64,000 bases of DNA from Paraspadella gotoi (Eukaryota > Animalia > Chaetognatha). The stretch lies in contig CM119268.1 of NCBI GenBank assembly GCA_051294375.1, forward strand, positions 1,524,549-1,588,548, in the 5' to 3' direction. The notes under the pieces were generated by a model. That model did no database searches, had not been told where the DNA came from, and saw only the letters and a list, made by a program, of their open reading frames with translations. Position 1 is the stretch's first letter; each line of letters begins with the position of its first letter. Shown here piece after piece: positions 60,786 to 64,000 of the stretch. Both the position numbers and the translations under genes were made by a program.

Positions 60786-63102
60786 AGTGAGAGAGAGAGA
60801 GAGAGAGAGAGTTTCTAAACTTAATTAACTTTTTTGTTTCGAAGTCGGGTGATAATATGACGCGAGTGTATTGTTTAGAATAAAAGAAACTATTCAACAG
60901 GGGCTGTCAACGAACCGCAGTTATTACCAAAAGCGTCTTAAAAATAGTGTAACATTGTCATGAATTACGCGAACGAAACCACTGTCCTCCGCCCGCTCGA
61001 AAACGAGACGACAACAACGCCTTCTCTCGTCGACAGAGGGCGCGGCGATTCCATTCACCCAGCGCCTCTTTTTTTATTCTTTTCGAGTGTTTTGCCGCTG
61101 AATTGGAATTTTAAAATGAAAAAAAGAAAAAAAAAAAAAAAGTTGAAAGTATTTTCGTCGACGGCGTTCGTTAAAAGAATTTTTTTTCGGTTTTTCCTTA
61201 TGCTTGGCAGAGGAGTGACTGAAAGTCCCATAAAATGCTTGTTTGACGGGGTTTTTTTATTCCAAAAGATTTTTAACTGTGAAAGCCGGAGATTCGAATA
61301 TTCGTTTGATTGCTTTGAGTTGGACTGCTTGCAATTAATATCTCCCGTTAGCGCTGGTTAAAAAACAGTACCTAAATTCCTTTTTACCGCTTTCAAGCTC
61401 TTGCAGAAGAAACCCCGTTTTGAAATTACGGTTAACTGGCTTGGCAAAGGGCGGACCTGAAATCTCTCATCATACCTGTTTGCAACTTCGGCTAATCCTT
61501 TACTGCTTGTTAAAGAGGGGAGGAAAGCTTGATTCATTGTGGGATTCGCTTTCCCCCGCCCCGCGCGAAAATTGAAACGGTAGTCGAATTTTCAATGGTG
61601 GAATACGGAAGGAGTTGCGTGCACGAGCCGAGAAGACTCCGATCCAATTCCTTTTTTCTTTTCTATGTTTAGTATTTAGTAATTTTTACTAGTTAAAACA
61701 AGAGGAAAGACTTCATTTTTAATACAATATACAATATCAACACTGAAGATTTCTAAAAATTTTCGACTGAGTCTACATTGGTATTTAATTATTATTATTA
61801 TTTCTTGACTGAGTATACATTGGTATCTAATTATTAATTTTCTTAAACAAATGAGGAAAAAAATTCAAAAAAACCTTAACTTTCATTCTCGCTTGTCGCG
61901 CTGCGCGCTTAATCACTACATGTACGATACGCACGCACTGTTTTGCACGTGGTACCCGTACCACGCTCCCCCGCGCTACGGGAGGCTCGGTGAGCGCGTC
62001 CTGGACCTTCAGAACGCGCACCGCCGGGAAGTCTTAAACGAAGCCCCAACGCCGACGCCGACGCCGACGCCGCGGTCTTCGCCTCGCGCCGCCACCGCTG
62101 GCCGCCCGCCGCCGCCGCCGCCCGCCGCCCGCCGCCGCGCCCCGTCCATCAGAAAACTCGAGCCGTGAATGAATTCTTGAACGAGGACCCGGTTTTTTTT
62201 TTTCAACTACAAGGTTTTGTCGTTCAATGATTTTTTTTTTGAATTTCGGCCTAAGGGCTTTTGATTCAATTCAGATTTTGCTGCAATCGGTCTTTGAGGG
62301 ATTTTTTTTTCATTAAAATGATCAATTCTTATAAATCGGTATAATGGGATTTTCTTTTCCCTAAAATAGATATTTTTTATCGACCTGCTAGATTCTTTTT
62401 CTTTTAATGTTGATTTTTAAACACTTACGGGTTTTTTCATACAAATCAAGATTTTTCCAATCGATTCAATTTGGCATTTTCAATGTTCCATTGTTTGACG
62501 GGGCTTTAATCTTAAATTTAATAATTTTGAAGTTTTAATTTTAATCTTGTATCAGTTGGTGTTATTATACAAAACAGGCAACAATTTTAACTTAATTATT
62601 CGTGTTCACCGACCGCGTTTTCAACCGTGATTTCCTCCTTTCCTGTTTTGATTCTATTTTTATTCCACAACTCCGTTCCAAGTCTTTTTTTTTTTGTTTC
62701 TGGTTTAATTCTTTCTCTCGTTTTCTTCAAATTTTATTTTTTCTAATCTTGGGTCGTCGGGCTTATTTCTCCGCCCCTTGTTTTTTTTCTAAAGCATTGA
62801 GATGGGCCGGGCCGCGTAAAAGGCCCGCGCTCACGAGTGAAGCTGCAAAAGGTTCACAAATCGCCCTTCCAAGTTACGATTCACAACCGGGGCCACAGAT
62901 TACACGCTTCGGATTCGATAAGGAATTGACATTCTATTCGGATTCACTATCACAGGTCATTGTTTCCTCACATACCAACGGTTCACAACCACTTACCACT
63001 TACTCTCTTAGCCACTTACCACTTACATCTCGCCATACACTCCACACCAATTTGCCTTCCAACACTTTAGCTTCCCATCTCCCTCTTATCTCTACCCTCG
63101 TC

Positions 63103-63146
<44 letters not shown>

Positions 63147-63760
63147 TCTCTCTCCACTCCTCTTTTCACGACTGACTCCGCTTTCAATAGTGAGCACCGA
63201 ACGCTGTTTAACCGACCGCTGTCGCACGAGACGTATGCTGGCGTAGAAGGGATGACGACGAACACGCGACGACGAACGACCGACGACGACGACGACGACG
63301 ACGAACGACGACAACGACGAAGAAGTCGATAGGAAAACGATTTGACGCATGCATGAAGTCGCCGCGAGAGAAAATTGAGACATTGATGACAATAATTTTT
63401 AAAATTAAATTACAAATTGCAGTTACAATTATTAACATAAATCTTTAAAGAGCCTTAACAATTACAAATATGACAAAGTTGAAGCTGTTAGATGAGAATA
63501 ACAAGGTAATCACGGTATTTCTAATGTCTAAAATGGTTTTCTACAACATGTTTTATTTATTTGATCAAATTTAAGAGGAATTTAAATGTTAAATTGTTAA
63601 ATCTTATCTTTAAATATTTAAAAACTTAGCCTAGAGAGAGAGAGAGAGTAAGAGTGAGAGAGAGCAAAAGCAGAGAGAGGAGGGGGGAATGGAGAGAAAG
63701 GAGGGAGAGGAGAGAGACGAGATGAGAGAGAGAGAATGAGGAGAGAGAGAGAGAGAGAGG

Positions 63761-63791
<31 letters not shown>

Positions 63792-63948
63792 CTGACTGCC
63801 AGGGAGACGTGGAGAGGAGAAAGTGGGCGAACAAAAAAATAAATCAATAAACAACAACAACAAAGAAGGATGAAAGGAAACAATAATGAAGGACAAAAAA
63901 AGTAAAGGCGACCACAGAGACGGGGACTAGAGAGGAGAGAGAGAGAGC

Positions 63949-63989
<41 letters not shown>

Positions 63990-64000
63990 GCAAGTGGGAG

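Larger units (their letters stand above)
51900..63085. repeat. Large inverted duplication: arms ~51900-55825 and ~59522-63085 around a ~3.7 kb noisy core
   Basis: Collinear reverse-complement matches, e.g. 52770-53050 vs 61880-62195 and 55762-55825 vs 59522-59582. Divergence is indel-dominated. 25-N gaps at 53748-53772 and 54473-54497. Confidence 0.9.

Overview
Eukaryotic, most likely invertebrate metazoan, genomic DNA from a draft assembly that appears to have been gap-filled with unpolished long reads. The one securely identifiable gene is a 13-exon intraflagellar-transport gene IFT70/TTC30 (fleer/dyf-1) on the minus strand (ATG 44992, stop 2199). Joining the exons gives about 665 codons once a single extra base in exon 7 is removed. 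Much of the rest looks like assembly artefact: five gaps of exactly 25 N (most flanked by near-duplicate sequence), an indel-rich tandem copy of exons 9-11, a ~15 kb homopolymer-inflated block, and nested fold-back duplications at 49.7-64 kb around a noisy TTAGGG-containing core. Likely genuine repeats are a 31-bp purine satellite, a Helentron/HINE-like family, a tRNA-derived SINE-like family, a 5'-truncated tRNA-Lys(CUU) ending in CCA, and a perfect 74-bp hairpin. The most unusual biological signal is minisatellites that begin at coding-exon 3' ends and copy the splice donor. The clearest case is a ~2.5 kb array of roughly 40 59-bp units in intron 5, each repeating the last 24 nt of exon 5 plus its GTAAG donor. 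Most long ORFs in the supplied track are low-complexity artefacts. I found no convincing novel multi-gene system.
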